From Nageia nagi (Eukaryota; Plantae; Pinophyta): DNA of 64,000 nucleotides. Location: the NCBI GenBank assembly GCA_050084985.1, contig JBITNC010000001.1, forward strand, positions 94,364,001 through 94,428,000. The letters run 5' to 3'. Made by a program: the position numbers and the translations under genes. Shown piece after piece: positions 49,701 through 63,654 of this stretch (its first letter is position 1; every line of letters starts with the position of its first letter). The notes below the pieces were generated by a model. That model searched no databases, was not told the DNA's origin, and was given only the letters and a program-made list of their open reading frames with translations.

Positions 49701-50275
49701 GAGTCTATGAGCAAAAGTGTCAAGTGGGCATGGTCGATAAGGGGGAAACAAGGGGCTACACAAAAGGCTTGACATAAGGGGACAAGTGGAGACCTAACAA
49801 GGATGTAGTCCATAACACTGGACCCACCTATGTGAGGAAAGCATGTGTAATGACAAGAGTGGGTAAATCAAGCAATACCATTTAGAATGATGATGTCATG
49901 GGTTTTCCCAAGATCGAGTAGAGATCTTTAATGGCAGGATGTAGGCATAGTATCATCAAATGCTCGTTGAAACTCATCATCCCTTGCCAGGGTCCTAAGG
50001 TGTAGAAGATCCATTTGATCATCAAAATAATGCATTTGGAGACTCCCTATCCTGCCAAGATGACATCCCCTTATATTGCATATCTAGATATCTCAGGGAA
50101 GAGGTATAGGAATGGAGGCTCACCATCTCCATGTATGGCATAACATGAGGTCACTGGAAGGAAATAACAACTTATTATGTAGAGTCTCTAGAGAGGTGAT
50201 GGTCTCATGATAGATAACCAACTATATCGTGCATGCATGTCGATCTCGTCCACCTATATCCTATGATGCTATTCA
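46791..50275 (-). mobile_element. RTE-like LINE, same family as 35265-38445, inserted in the gypsy integrase
   Basis: Reverse-complement homology along its length (for example 47060-47120 vs 38101-38156); VKQGCPLSLILFYLYIDKLD, MDYILV. Confidence 0.9.
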
Positions 50276-51789
50276 ACAACCTTACAAAGAATTTTAATGA
50301 TTGTCTTATTTGTTGTTTTAGTTATACCATCTCCCTATGGATAATATGGGGAGGAATTTTTTTTCATATAGAATTACTCACAAATGTCTCTTACCACTTT
50401 ACTTAAATTTGGGCCATTATCCATGGAAATATTAGATGGGATTTCAAATATGGTTATGATGTGAAATGTGAGGAATTTGACAATTTAGGGGCCTTTAATA
50501 ATATTAGAGGGGCTGCATCTACCTACTTTGTGAAATATTTTATGGTTATTATGATGAACTTATGTCCCTCCTTTGATCTTAGATTGATGATTTCAATCAA
50601 ATCTATCACCCAAATAGAAAATGACCATGGATAAACCATTGTATGAGTTCTTAAGGAGGAGTTAGTTGAATATTTACATGCTTTTGACAATCCACATAGT
50701 TTTTTTTTACAAGAGAAGCATAATATTTTTCCATTAATGGTCAATAGTAACCCAATCTCCATAACTTATGATAAATTATGTTACCATTGAAGTGTCCACC
50801 TACTTTGCCTTCATGAACTTATTCCATTTCTTTTTTATCATCAACAATTAACAAGCATTTGAGAAGAGTGCCCACAAATGATCTATATAAGACATCTCCA
50901 ATAAGGATATATTTTATTTCTATGTTTATCAACCTTATTCTTTGTTTTTTTTTATTATCAAAATCTTCAAGAATTACACTATCTTTGATGAAATCATATA
51001 TTTCTTTATACCATACATTATAAGGAAGTATATCACATACATATTGGTTATCGTAATAAATTTTTGATAAAGATACTATTTTCCATATGAATAGGCTTAT
51101 GCAAATTCTCAATTGTCATGATTGTTTCCTTATTTTGAATTGGAATGGATTCCAAGGAAGTTACATTGGCCATTGTATCAATATATTTGTTATATTTCCT
51201 TGAAATAAATTTTTTTAATTTATCATTTTTGTCTCATCCTATGATGTAATATTTATATAATTTGTCTTCTCATTCAACATGGTGAGATTATCAATCAATT
51301 GAGACCTTGCTATAAAATTTTTCAGTTTAGCTCTCTTTTCTTTGCACAAGGACAAACACCCCCTTCCTAACTATCTAGTTAGCCTATTCCTACTTCTAAT
51401 AATGAAAATAGAAAAGGACTCGTGTAGTAAGATGAAACCTACTATGTCTCGATCCTCTTTAACTATCCAAAATATGCTTGGGGATGTAGATAGACTTCAA
51501 CTTGTGTCTTATAGCTAGAATGTAAGGAATTATATTTGGCTTTGAGCTTTCTTTAGAATTGCATCATCACTTTGAAATACATCAACATGAAGTGACTATG
51601 TTGTTGAGTCTAATACATAAATTGAATAATGAACTATTTCTTGAGCATTAGAATTAGAAAATTTATTTAAATATCTATCTAATGACACACACCTACAATT
51701 GTACAACATTGAAGGCAAATGAGATGTGCAAATTATCTTGGAAAGAACAACTACCAAATAAAGGAGGTCTTGTATGTCACATGACTTGC

Positions 51790-52625
51790 AAATAATCATT
51801 TATTTGTAATTAAAATATTGGATAACAACTCAAAAATGGAGTTTGATACTATGAATGGTGAGAAATGTAATTTCATTTGAGATAAATTCAAAGGTTATTA
51901 AATTATGGATAAAGCTTTAGGAGTTGGGAAGATGTTTATGCTTGATGTTGAAGGTTCCAACAATCAAAAACTCAATATTTGTGTCATGAATGTCACCACT
52001 CTTTGGCATCAATAATATGGACACATAAATCCTAATTACTTGGTCACTTTACAAAAGAGTAATATGGTACATGGTCTTCCATATCTTTCTTCTCATATTA
52101 ACATTTGTTCTACTTGTATAACAAGGAAATAACACATAATTACGTTTGACACTAGCACACATTATGCTCAGGGAACTCTTGATATGATTCATTTTGATGT
52201 ATGCAAACCCATAAGGTCTAGCCACACTAGCCTCATATTTTCTAATGATTATTAATGACTATTCCAAAATGATGTTGGCATATTGATTAAAAATAAATAA
52301 TGAAACCTTTCAATATTTTAAGGAGTTTAAAGCTCATGTGGAGAATGCTATTAGTTGTCATATCCATGTTCTTTTCTCAGATCAAGAGGGATAATACCTA
52401 CCAAATGGGTTTTTTGCATTTTTTAAGTAGAATGGAATTTGATGATATTTAACTACACCTTACACACCACAGTAAAATGGAGTTTATGAAAAATGAGATC
52501 GAATCATAATGGAAATAATGAGAAGTATGTTGAAAGATGCAAAGATAAATGGATCTTTTTGGGTCAAAGAAATAAGGAATGCAATATATCTATTGAATAG
52601 AGCACCTTGTAAAGCTCTTGTAAGG
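51790..52625 (+). mobile_element. Unrelated copia GAG-pre-integrase/integrase fragment
   Basis: LWHQ*YGHIN, ICSTCITRK, IHFDVCKP, TTPYTPQ*NGV, YLLNRAPCKAL. Confidence 0.8.
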
Positions 52626-52626
52626 A

Positions 52627-52880
52627 GAAGGTACACATTTCTTCATTCTTGATTATTTGTTGGATTAATTGATACTAACATATATGATATGTGTGATATG
52701 TGTTCATTTTTTTGTAAATTTGGTGAAAATAGTATTATGATGCATTTCTATACATACATACATACATATATGTGTGGTGTGCACTAACTTCTTGTATTAT
52801 TTGCAATTTTTTTTTAAAAAAATTTGCTTACCTTTTTTTTTAGAAGTTAGTATACAAAAGTGCAAGTTTTTATACATTTC

Positions 52881-52915
<35 letters not shown>

Positions 52916-55900
52916 TTTTTTTCCCTAAATAAAAAAGGGGGTTTATATTTTACTAGTCTATTAAAAAAAGGGGGGGGGAGAGTTAGTATACAATATTGCA
53001 ATTTGTTTCAATTATGTTTTAAATTTTTTTTACTAACTCAAAATAAAAAAGGAAGAGATTATTCTTTCAAAAAATAAAAAATAATTTTTTTTTGGTAAAT
53101 TTATTTTGAATTTATTTTAATACATTAAATGGGGGGGAGATTTACACTTAAAATATTATGTTGAAACTAATTTTTTTCTAAAAATAAAAAAATAAAAATG
53201 TTTCAAGGGGTGGCCTCTTTAGCACTTAGATCCATCCCCCCCCTTCTGGTTGCACCCCTAGTGCTCCTCTTGCCACTAAACTCCTCCTATTAGACTCTAT
53301 GCTCTTCACTCCTCAACCCTTATCAATCAAGCCATGCAAGAGAGGGGGCGTTCTTGTTGTTTGACCTCTTGCACAATGTTTAACCTCTTGCATAATGTTT
53401 AACCTCTTCTATTTGCGACATCTCCTGAACGTAGCCTTATCCTATTTCTTGCTTCCTCTATCTATTCATGACATCTCCTCAACATTGTCTTCTTCCATTT
53501 CATGCTTCCTTTGTTTGTTCATGACATCTCCTTAATGTCATCTTCTTCCATTTCATGCTTCCTTTATCTGCTCATGATGTCTCTCAAACACCACCTCTTC
53601 TTGCCCTCATGGTCCCTTTCACTCACTGTGGCATTGCTTGAGACATGGATGCCATCTTCTTAGACTATTTGAATATTCAAATGCTTTACAACTCTTTGAA
53701 CTAGGATGCGATCACTTTAAAATTTAGGGGAAGAATATATGTAGAAAGAACATGCAAGCAAGTGAGCTCATCTGATATAGTTGTTCAAATACCATGTTGT
53801 TGGGAGGCCCTTTGGTCTTTTTTTTAGAATTGAGTTTTAGATCATCCAAAAGGTGTGAGTCTCCAACATATAGAATCTATGGTAGTTGCCCCCCCTAGCC
53901 TCATTGCTCCTCCACCTACATTGCGAGCTATCTCTCCCAAGCTCCTTGGCACCTCTATCATGTATAATCACCCTTATCCCCCCTTGACTTGTTTAAATAA
54001 AATAAATGCTTCTTTTGTTACTATTTGTGCATTAAATTATTTGTGATTACTTTCACTAAATGCACCTGCAAAACCAACATATACTCTTTCTTAGTAAGGG
54101 AAGGGTGGCCATCACTTTTTATCTAAATGCATTTATTTAAGAAGAAGTACTCAATCATGAATAGCCTCTGCATTCTTTTTCCTTGGAGTGCTTGAGGTAA
54201 AATGGCATTAAAATTATTTGAATTTTTTCTCTCAAGTACTAGTAGAAGCATGATAGCTTATTAAACACTTACTTATTTAAATGGAGAAAATCAATTTTTT
54301 AAAGTAGCCACTTTTTAATGCCTATAATTACAGTTTTTAAAATGCTTATTATTGGCATTAATGCTTAGCATTTTTTTAGTTAAAATTCTAAGTAAAATAG
54401 CATGTTATCTTTAGGATAAATCTTTTTTAAGTAAAAGAGGGGGAAAATTGCATATTTCTTTTACTTAATTTTTTACTATAGCATGCATGTTACATAAAAT
54501 ATTTCATTTCTATCTATTTTTTTAACTTATGATAATGCATGCTTCTTAATTTTTTTTCCTTTTTCCCATGCATGTTAAGTATTTTTTACAAAGTGATAGA
54601 TAAATGCAAACTAAGTTAATAATCCATGCCTAAGGCTTAAAATTTTTAAGTCAATGCTTAGTACTTAGAAGTTAAATGCATGCTTAATACTTCAATTTTT
54701 TAAGTTAAATGGTGTATTTATTTACTTAAAAATTGTTAAGTTAAAAAGTCATTACTTAAATGCATACTTTTAAGATAAAATGATGTATGCTTATACTTAG
54801 TATTTAAATTTTAAGTAAATGATGCAATTTAATTCTTTTTACAAAAGATTGAACTTGTGCAAAAATAGGAATGATGTAAAGATGTCCTTAAGGGGTTGGT
54901 AAACAAAAGCCATTTGACACTAAGGTTTCATTTTTTTTGAATGGATGATGTTTACTTATGCTCTTTTACTTTATGTTTCATATTTTGATTTATTTTCTTA
55001 TCCAAAAAAAATGCAAATATTGAAATGAGCAACCCTTTAAAATGAACATATCTGCATGTACATTCTGCAACATGACTTGTTTGGTGAGCCATGAGGTGAG
55101 AACAGGTGGACTAGAGCTTTTAAGTTCAATGATCCAAATGGTAATAAATTTGTACTTTTCAATTACCTTTAAGTCCTTTGTTGGTCTAGATTTAGCTCCA
55201 ATAGGTGGATAGGTATGTGTGTAGTGATACTACATATTCATACATCCATTTAGGATTATCTTGATAATCTAGGAGGATAACTTGAAACTTAATCAAGATT
55301 AATAATTTGGTCGATCTAATAAATATTAGAACCTTAAAAAATAGCTAGTACTTCTCCTTATGAGAGTATATTACTACCCAAGGGAAATTGATTGAGGATT
55401 GGTAGGACCTGAGCTCCTCTTATATGGGCATCCAAGTGAAGGCCTAATTTTAGATAAGAAAATAAACCTCAATAATGTCACTCTACATCTATGATTCTTG
55501 AAATAGAAAATATATTTGGATACATGGGTTATTATTTGAATTGTAAAATATTTGCATTTGTGAGTCAAATTAAGCATGTCCCTAGTGTTAAATGTAACAT
55601 GTATTATTTACTTGGTTAAAACTTAATATTTAATATTATTTATTGAACCATATGCTCATTATTTAATATTTTTGTATAGAAAATAGAAAAATCTTTTTCA
55701 CTCAAACACATTCTTAATGGTTTCAACTATAGGATTTGGAAACCATGGATGAGAGTTGAATTACAAGCAAAGAAGCTTTGGCAAATAGTAAATAAAAATC
55801 TTGTACTCTTATAAATGAAAAGGCACTAAAAGTTTACAACATGAAAATGAGTTTGCAACCTTCATGATTTATTGTGTAATTTCAAATGATGTGCTCTTAA

Positions 55901-58900
55901 TGATTTTCTCTTTAACCTTAATAAAAGAAGCTTGGGATAAGCTTAAGCAAATCTACTTGGGTTCAAATTTTTCAAGAAGATTTACCATTCTTTAAAAATT
56001 ACTTTAATCTCATCAAAGGGAAGATGAAAATGTTACCATCTACTTAAACAAAATTATTTACCTAAGGACCTAACTTGTTGCTTATGAATGCAATTGAATC
56101 AATGACGAGTTCATGGTCTTCATCATTCTTCAAAACTTTTCTTCAAAGTTTGAAAACTTTGTAATGGTTATAGAAATAAGGCTTGATGATAAAAAAATCT
56201 TCTCCTTTGAGAACCTTTTTAGGTACCTATTGATGCATGAGAAAACCCTTAATAATAAGGTGTTGATTTCTTCTCTCAAGGATAATAATATTACTCTTGA
56301 AGTAATCAAAACTCTTTTCAAGAAGTTTAACCATAAAAAGAAAACTTATCCTTCTTTCTCTAAAAGGTTTGAGAAAAGAGGTAATGGTTACAATAGTAGT
56401 AAGAACAACAAAAACAACAACCATAGCAGTAGAAATAATACTAACAATAACCATTTCAAGCAAAAAGATGGAAAAGGTAAAGAAAACATTCCTTATCCTA
56501 AAAAAAAATTTTATGGTAATTGTAACTATTATGGCATCCAAGGTTATAAAGAAGTTGATTATTTCAAAAAGAAAAGAGAAGAAAAGTACAAAGGTAATGG
56601 AAATGTAAAAAATTATAAAGGAAAAAAGAATATTCATGCTAGTTTTGCTATGATACTCTACTCCATATCTCATATTTTTTTATCTAAATGGATTGTTGAT
56701 TTTGGTTGCACTAATCACCTATGCTTTGAAAAGAAAAAGTTTGAAAACTTTCATAAGTACAAAAAAATACGATTATGATAGGTGATGACTCCACCTTCAA
56801 ATTCCAAAGAATTGGAAGTGTGTTGATTCATAGAAAGGTTCTTAAAAATATTCTCTATGTTCTTAAGTTAAAAATAAACTTTCTCTTCATGATCCAAGTT
56901 GTTAGAAAAGGGTACTCTTTTAAGTTCAACTCTCAATCTTAGTGCATTAAGAAAGGACTTACCACGTTGGTTAAAGGATCTATGAAAGATAACCTTTACA
57001 TTATGGATTAAATTCCATAAAAGATGTATCTTACTTTTAGTGTGTTCTAGAGGTAATCTTTGACACCATCATTTAGGGCATCTTAACCATAAGAGTATTC
57101 AAGTTATGAAAGACCAATAATTTATATAAGGTTTGCCTTTAATTTCTCCTTCAGTTGGTCTATGCGAGAAGTGCATTCTTAGCAAGATGCATAGATAAAA
57201 ATTTGAAAAAGATAAGGTAACAAGAGCATCTCAACCTTTTCAACTTATGCATTCAGATTTGATGGGTTTATTTTAGACTAAGTTACTTAGAGGAGCATCT
57301 TATATCTTAATCTTCATTGATAACTTTAGTAGGATGACCTTTGGATATTTACTTGAGTATAAAGATCAAACCTTTGAGAGTCTTAAAATTTTTAAGGCCT
57401 TTATTGAGAATCAAACTAACCTTAAAATTAAGATGTTGAGATTAGATAATGGGAAACAATATAACAATAATGAGTTTAATGATTATTGTACTAAGTATAT
57501 AATCAAGAGGTAGTTTATGATTCTTTACACTCCTTTACATAATGTTGTTATTGAAAAAAAAAAATAGAATAATTATAGAGATAGCTAGATGCATGTTAGG
57601 TAATCTTCTTAAATTCTTGTGAGGTGAAACTATAAGCATAACTATTTACACCTTGAATAGGTGCCCTACAAAAACCATTTAGAGTAAAACTCCTTTTGAG
57701 GCATGGTCAAGAAGAAAACCTAACATTTCTTATCTTAAAGTGTTTGGTTGTGAAGCATTCTCTTACATTATTTCTGAGAAAAGAAAGAAGTTAAAAAAAA
57801 GAGTTAAAAAATGTATCTTTGTAGGTTATGATAGTTAGCATAGAGGCTATACGCTCTACTCTCCATCTTACAAAGCTGTGTTTATTTCAAGGGATGTAAA
57901 GTTTAATGAACTTCTTAATATTCCACTTCTAAAGAGGATGATGATGATCCAAAGGACTCTTTAGTTGCTCCTAAATGGTTGGATATTGATGTATATAAGT
58001 CACCTCAGAAGTAAAATTCTCTAACACAAAGGGTAACAAGGAGCATGACCTTGAACAAATCCTTAATTATCAAGATTGATAATAAGCATGAGCCCTCGAC
58101 CTTCAAAGAAGCTTCTAAGCACAAGTGCTAGATGGAAGCCATGAAAGTAAAGTATGAAGTGCTTATAAAAAATAAAACTTGGAACTTGGTTCCTTATCCT
58201 AATGAAAATAATATGATTGGTAATAAATGGATCTACAAGGTTAAGTTCAATTCAATTGAAGATATTAATAAATACAAGGTAAGGTTAGTAGCTAAAGGTT
58301 TTTGCTCAGAAATACGATGTAGATTTGAGAAAACCTTTACTCTCATGTAAATATGCCTATTATGAGAGTTATCCTTGCTCTTTCTATAGCTCAAGAATGG
58401 AAAGTTTTTGAACTTGACTTCAAGAGTGCATTTCTTAATGGTGACTTAGATGTGAAATTCTTCATGAATAAATCAGAAGGGTTTATTGTGAAAGGTAAAG
58501 AGTCCTTTATGTGTAAGCTAAAAAAATCATTGTATGGAATCAAGTAAGCACCTAAAGCTTGGTATAAAAAGATTTTAGGGTACTTTATAGACATTAGATT
58601 CTTTAAGTATTTTTCTAACTCTAATCTATATGTGCTCAATCAAAGAAAAAATGTGGTATTGATTTTCTTTTATGTGGATGATCTTTTGATTATTAGGAAT
58701 AAGGATGAAATCATTCAAGAGTGCATATCCAAATTTAAGGTAATATTTGAAATGATTGATCTTGATCTTTTGCACTACTATCTTGGAATGCAAGTGTATC
58801 AATACAAGGATTGTACTTACCTCATTCAATCTAAGTATATATCAAACATCTTATAGAAATTTGGAATGGAGTGTAGATATGCTACAATTTCAATCTCTTC

Positions 58901-60430
58901 TAAAATTATTATTTCTCTGAGCTCTAATTCTTAGTTAGCTGATGCTACAACTTACAAGTAATTAATTGGTAGCCTTTGTATTTGACTATATCCAAGCTAG
59001 ATATTACCTTTGCAGTGAATCTGATAGCACAATTTATGCAAAAACCATATGTTGAACATCTCAATGCTGTTAAGCAAATCTTAAGGTATGTTTCAAAGAT
59101 TAAGAATCTTGCTTTCAAGTATTTTAAGTTACCCTCATTTGTTCTCTCAAGATTCTCATATTCTAACTATGGGGGAGATAGAGATAATAAGAAATCAACT
59201 TTTGCATATGTGTTTAACATTGGTTTAGGTGCTATCTCTTAGGATTCTAAGAAGTAACCTACTATTTCTCTTTCCACCATAGAAGCTGAATATCATGTCA
59301 TGTCTATTACAGCCTAAGAAACCATTTAGCTAAGGTATCTTTTGAAAGAAATTAGGTATGAGTAAGGTGGTTTATCTTTGATCTCTTCAAATAATCAATT
59401 AGCTATTTCTTTGGTTAAGAATGTTGTGTTCCATTAGAGAATAAAATATGTAGAAATCCATGCCCATTTTATCAAGGAGAAGATTCTTGATGGCATCATA
59501 CACCTAGAGTATTATTCATCCATCTTAAAATTTGTTGATTTGTTCATCAAGCCCCTTCCAAAAGCTCAGTTCTGTAAGCTTAAGGATGCTATTAGGTTGG
59601 TGAAGTTACCCTCAAGGAGGAGTGAAGTTTGAATTCTTGTGTTGAATTCATATTTATGATTACAACTTCACCCGAAGAGGATTTTATGCTATATAGTGTT
59701 GATTTTATTTTACACCTTCATGGTAAGTTCGCTCTGCATGAGGAACTTATTGTACAAATTGGCCAATCTAGCACTATTCAGTTATCCATATATCAAGAAC
59801 TCTTATGTGTCTTTTGGCACTATTCAATTATCCATATGTGAGGAACTCGTATGTGCATGCTCTATTTTTGATCAATTTAGCACTATTCAGTTATCCATGT
59901 ATGAGAAACTCTTATGTGTCTTTTGGCACTGTTAAGTTATCCATATGTGAGGAGCTCATGTGTGTATGTGCTATTTTGTAATGATAATCAACATATGTTT
60001 TATATTCAACAAGTGATTATAAATTTTTGGTATGGCATCTTCATGATGACTTATAGTGCACCATTGATCAGTTCATGATAGCATTTGTGTGATTCATATA
60101 TCATTGATGAGATGAATATGTTGCATCTAATTGATCTTATTATTCAAGCTATTTATGACCTGCAAGTTCTTTTGAGATTGTAGGTTACTTACCTCAAGTA
60201 TGTAGGCTCTTGGAGACTTTTCATGACTTCTAGTTGGATGACTACTTCATGTACATTGAAATCAGTTATGGTTAATGATTGTATTTGGCAAAGTAATGAG
60301 TCTCAAATTAGATATTTCTTACTTTAAAAATATGTAAAAATTTCTCATCTCCATTATATCTGTTTGAAGGAGAACTCTCTTACTTTCTCTTCTTCTTATC
60401 TCTTATTCACTCTATCCCAATAACATATGA
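52627..60430 (+). mobile_element. LTR-less internal copy of the 9995-18911 copia family
   Basis: Colinear homology with the first copy from 10575 to ~18420 (leader ends, gag-pol at 55683-59625, 3' UTR repeats). Lacks LTRs, PBS and PPT. Confidence 0.92.
53410..53620. repeat. ~53-bp tandem repeat, about 4 copies, within the variable leader
   Basis: Units resembling CATGACATCTCCT.AA...TCTTCTTCCATTTCATGCTTCCTTT. Confidence 0.8.
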
Positions 60431-61607
60431 CCTCTAGCTCATCACTATCTTTCTCAAAACTATGTTGTAATAAACTATGACCTTTGGCTAATCAATTTTA
60501 AAGTTATATCTATAAATGGTTCATATTTATAATCAATAGCATAAGTCTTTAATCCATTGAGAATATTTTCCAAAAAGATATTTGTAATATGTCTTCCAAT
60601 TAATGTGCAATCAAGCAAAAGCTAATTTTAAAAAAATGGGGAATAAATTTTTCTAACCATTCATTAAAAAAATGTAAAATAGAAATTAATATCCTTTTAA
60701 AACTAATTGGTTTGTAGGACCTATCACTAGTTTTTAAATATCACCAATGTAGGGAACAAGAGATAAATATGGAACCTTAAATGTGAGTACCTTCACAACC
60801 ACTTGTTTCCTAAATTCCCTAATAAGAGTTTATATTTAAAAATCAAGAGGCACCATGCTTACATGCCATAAGATTTAGTAGATCAAGAGGCATTTTATAA
60901 TTGCATTTAAATGGTTCTTGAAAAGACTCTTTAGTTGAACATACAAATTGATGGAACCAATGATTGATGTTTGGAACCACTTTCTTGCCTCTCTAACCAA
61001 ACTATGTAGAAATTACTTTGCCTTTAGATTTTTATTAATTCCACTCCTAAATTCCATGGTATACTCGAATCCCTAAATGTGAGAATTTAGATCCCCACCA
61101 TTAAATTTCTCTAATTTTGAACCTAATTAGTTCTTAACAATAACATTGTTATGGAGATTACTTGATAGAGGGTTTCCTATCTCTTGCTTTGACATTACTT
61201 TATCGTTAATCAAGAATCTATGTTATCAATTCACTTTTTCATTTTATCAATCTAAGTGGCATGAACTCTACTTCCCTCACTGGATTCCTTCCAAGGCATT
61301 CCTTCCCTAACATCGATGCTTAGGAATGCCCTAATTTAATCTATAATGGTGATGTGATATTCACAAACATACTTAGGTATATCCATATCTATACCACTTA
61401 AATACAAAGATTCAATACCTCCAAAAATCATTAGGATTTTTGGCACAAAAAGGATACTTGAAATAAAAAAGTCAGCTTCATCAATATGTTGATGTTAAAA
61501 ATAAATATAATAAGAAATAGTATAATAATATAAAAAATCCTAGAATTAGTAATAGTAAATATTAGAGACAAAGTGGGCAAAATAACTAATATATCAACTA
61601 TTAAAAT

Positions 61608-61647
<40 letters not shown>

Positions 61648-62458
61648 TATATATATATAATGAAATTGAATCTATCATCTTTATCAACTATTAATATATC
61701 AATATTTCTCATATATATGAGAAATATTGAATTTATCATCTTTATCTATGCAATCGATCAAATTTTAAAAATAGGGCAAGTAGGTCATTAATGATTCATC
61801 CATAAGATCTTAGCTATAATGAATTTGATATCCAAGCATCAATGCTCAAGCTATGTCTTAACACCCTTACATTAAAATGGTGACGAGATACCTTCAAACA
61901 AATGATCAATCGATATGATCCTATAAGGAAAGCATACTCTAACATACAAAGTGAATGAAAGCAAACAAAGCTTGTGTGATATTAAAATCTTAGATCTTAA
62001 TCTCGACTAGAATGAATTTGATATCTAAGCTTTGGTGCTCATGTTACATCTAGCATCTGCATGTCAAAATGGTGAGGAGAGACTTGTGAATGAATTATTG
62101 TTCGATGTGATATTGCAAGGGAAAACCTAATGTAACATATGAAGTGAATGAAAGAAAACTAATCTTAGATCTTGATAAGTGGTGCCAGAAAATATGATTA
62201 CAAAGAATCTATATGAGAACTATTAAGACCAAGATTTGATTTGATATCTCACTATACTTCTCTCTTTTATGTAGGTAAGTCTCCTTTTGGCCCAAGCTAG
62301 CTCGCTTAACACTCCCTTAATCTTTGTATCATACAAAAAGAAATAACATGGGATATAAAATATATCATAGATATTATAAAAATAAAGCACATATATCATC
62401 ATTTATTTTAATACATCTAAAATAAAAAAATGTTTCTATTTTAGGTGTCAACACTAAG

Positions 62459-62993
62459 TACACTATTAAGTTGAAGAATAAGTTAAAAAAGATATAAAAT
62501 TACAAATTGGGATCTTCTTTAGTTATTATTAGGATTGTAAGTTTTGTAATTGGAAAATGGACTTTTTCTCTCTCAACTTAGCTATGCATTGGATCTCTTA
62601 AAAGGATCCAATCTTGAAGGGTTCAATACATTAAAGAATATTATAGTTATAGGCATATAATTATTGAAGGATGCTTCAAATAATAAGAATATGGATATTA
62701 CTAGATTCAATTTATTGGTGCACAATATTTATTCATTACAAGCCAAATATTGCATTTATTGGGAGTTATGTAGCTAGGTTTTTGTTGTTCCTATAGAAAG
62801 TTATTTTATAACATGAAATATAGCTTTGAGATATGTGAAGGGTACTTTGTACTTGAAAGTATTCTATAACAAGAATAATGCATCCAACTTGGATGAGTAC
62901 AATTATTCTAATTAAGTGATGATGTGGATATAAAGTCTAATCTAAGGTATATTTTTACCTATGGTGGTGATCTAATTACTTGGATGAGTAAAA
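62459..62993 (+). mobile_element. Host copia, piece 3: RT C-terminus and start of RNase H
   Basis: IKLKNKLKK...ENGLFLSQLSYALDLLKR, ALRYVKGT, GYIFTYGGDLITWMSK. Confidence 0.85.
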
Positions 62994-63649
62994 TGTTAGA
63001 ACATATAATGCATTATTATGTAAATAACATAGGTATGTTGTTCATAATTATTTGAAAATTAAAGGAACATATATAACACCTAATATAGAAGGAAAGTTTT
63101 TTTTGTAATATGAAATAATCTACTTATTATAAAATGTGGTTATACATGTGTGCAAATGTGGAGCCCCATCTATTTTTTATTAGGGGTATTTCCACATGTG
63201 CATGTAGACTCACACATTTAAGATAAAGGTGTGGGCGTTTGTAATTATTGAATAGGCATAGGTAGAAAGCCTTCCATCTATCATTCTTAATATAGGTATA
63301 TATTTACTCTATGGATGATGGCATTCCCCTTGAGTAAAAGGGTGAGTTAAAGGGACTTTTTTACTTATAAATAGAGAGCCTCCTCCTTGTAACATACACA
63401 CTTGTAGAAGCATTATTATGCTACTAGTTTGCATAGAGATCTAGGTTGATAGAAAGCTTGTAAGAAAGATCTTGAGAAGAATAGATTTATATTAAAGTGG
63501 AGTATTCTCTTAGAGAGAAAACACTATATATTTTTCTCTCTTTGTGTGAATGTTAATTATTATTTTTGAGAGAAAAAATGTTATAATGAGTGTTAATTTG
63601 TTGGAGTACACACAAGTGATCTTGATTAAGGAATCATTTAATTCCTTCA
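62994..63649 (+). mobile_element. Solo LTR (656 bp) with TSD TAAAA
   Basis: TGTTAG...TTCA, with TAAAA at 62989-62993 and 63650-63654 and TATAAATAG near 63366. Its start resembles the LTR at 18429. Removing it restores WMSKKHNIISKSS. Confidence 0.9.
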
Positions 63650-63654
63650 TAAAA

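Larger units (their letters stand above)
44405..62453 (-). mobile_element. Tat/Ogre-like Ty3/gypsy element, 18 kb including nested inserts
   Basis: LTRs 44405-45117 and 61487-62453 (TGTTGA...AACA), TSD GTAAG/CTAAG (4 of 5 match), minus-strand PPT at 45118-45130. Integrase PWSFSIWVIDLI...GHKFIII...YFTK, WYKEIYDFIKD...VLYRSFVGTLLKCL, PYSLVYGDEVFLPL, WEGLF. Confidence 0.85.
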
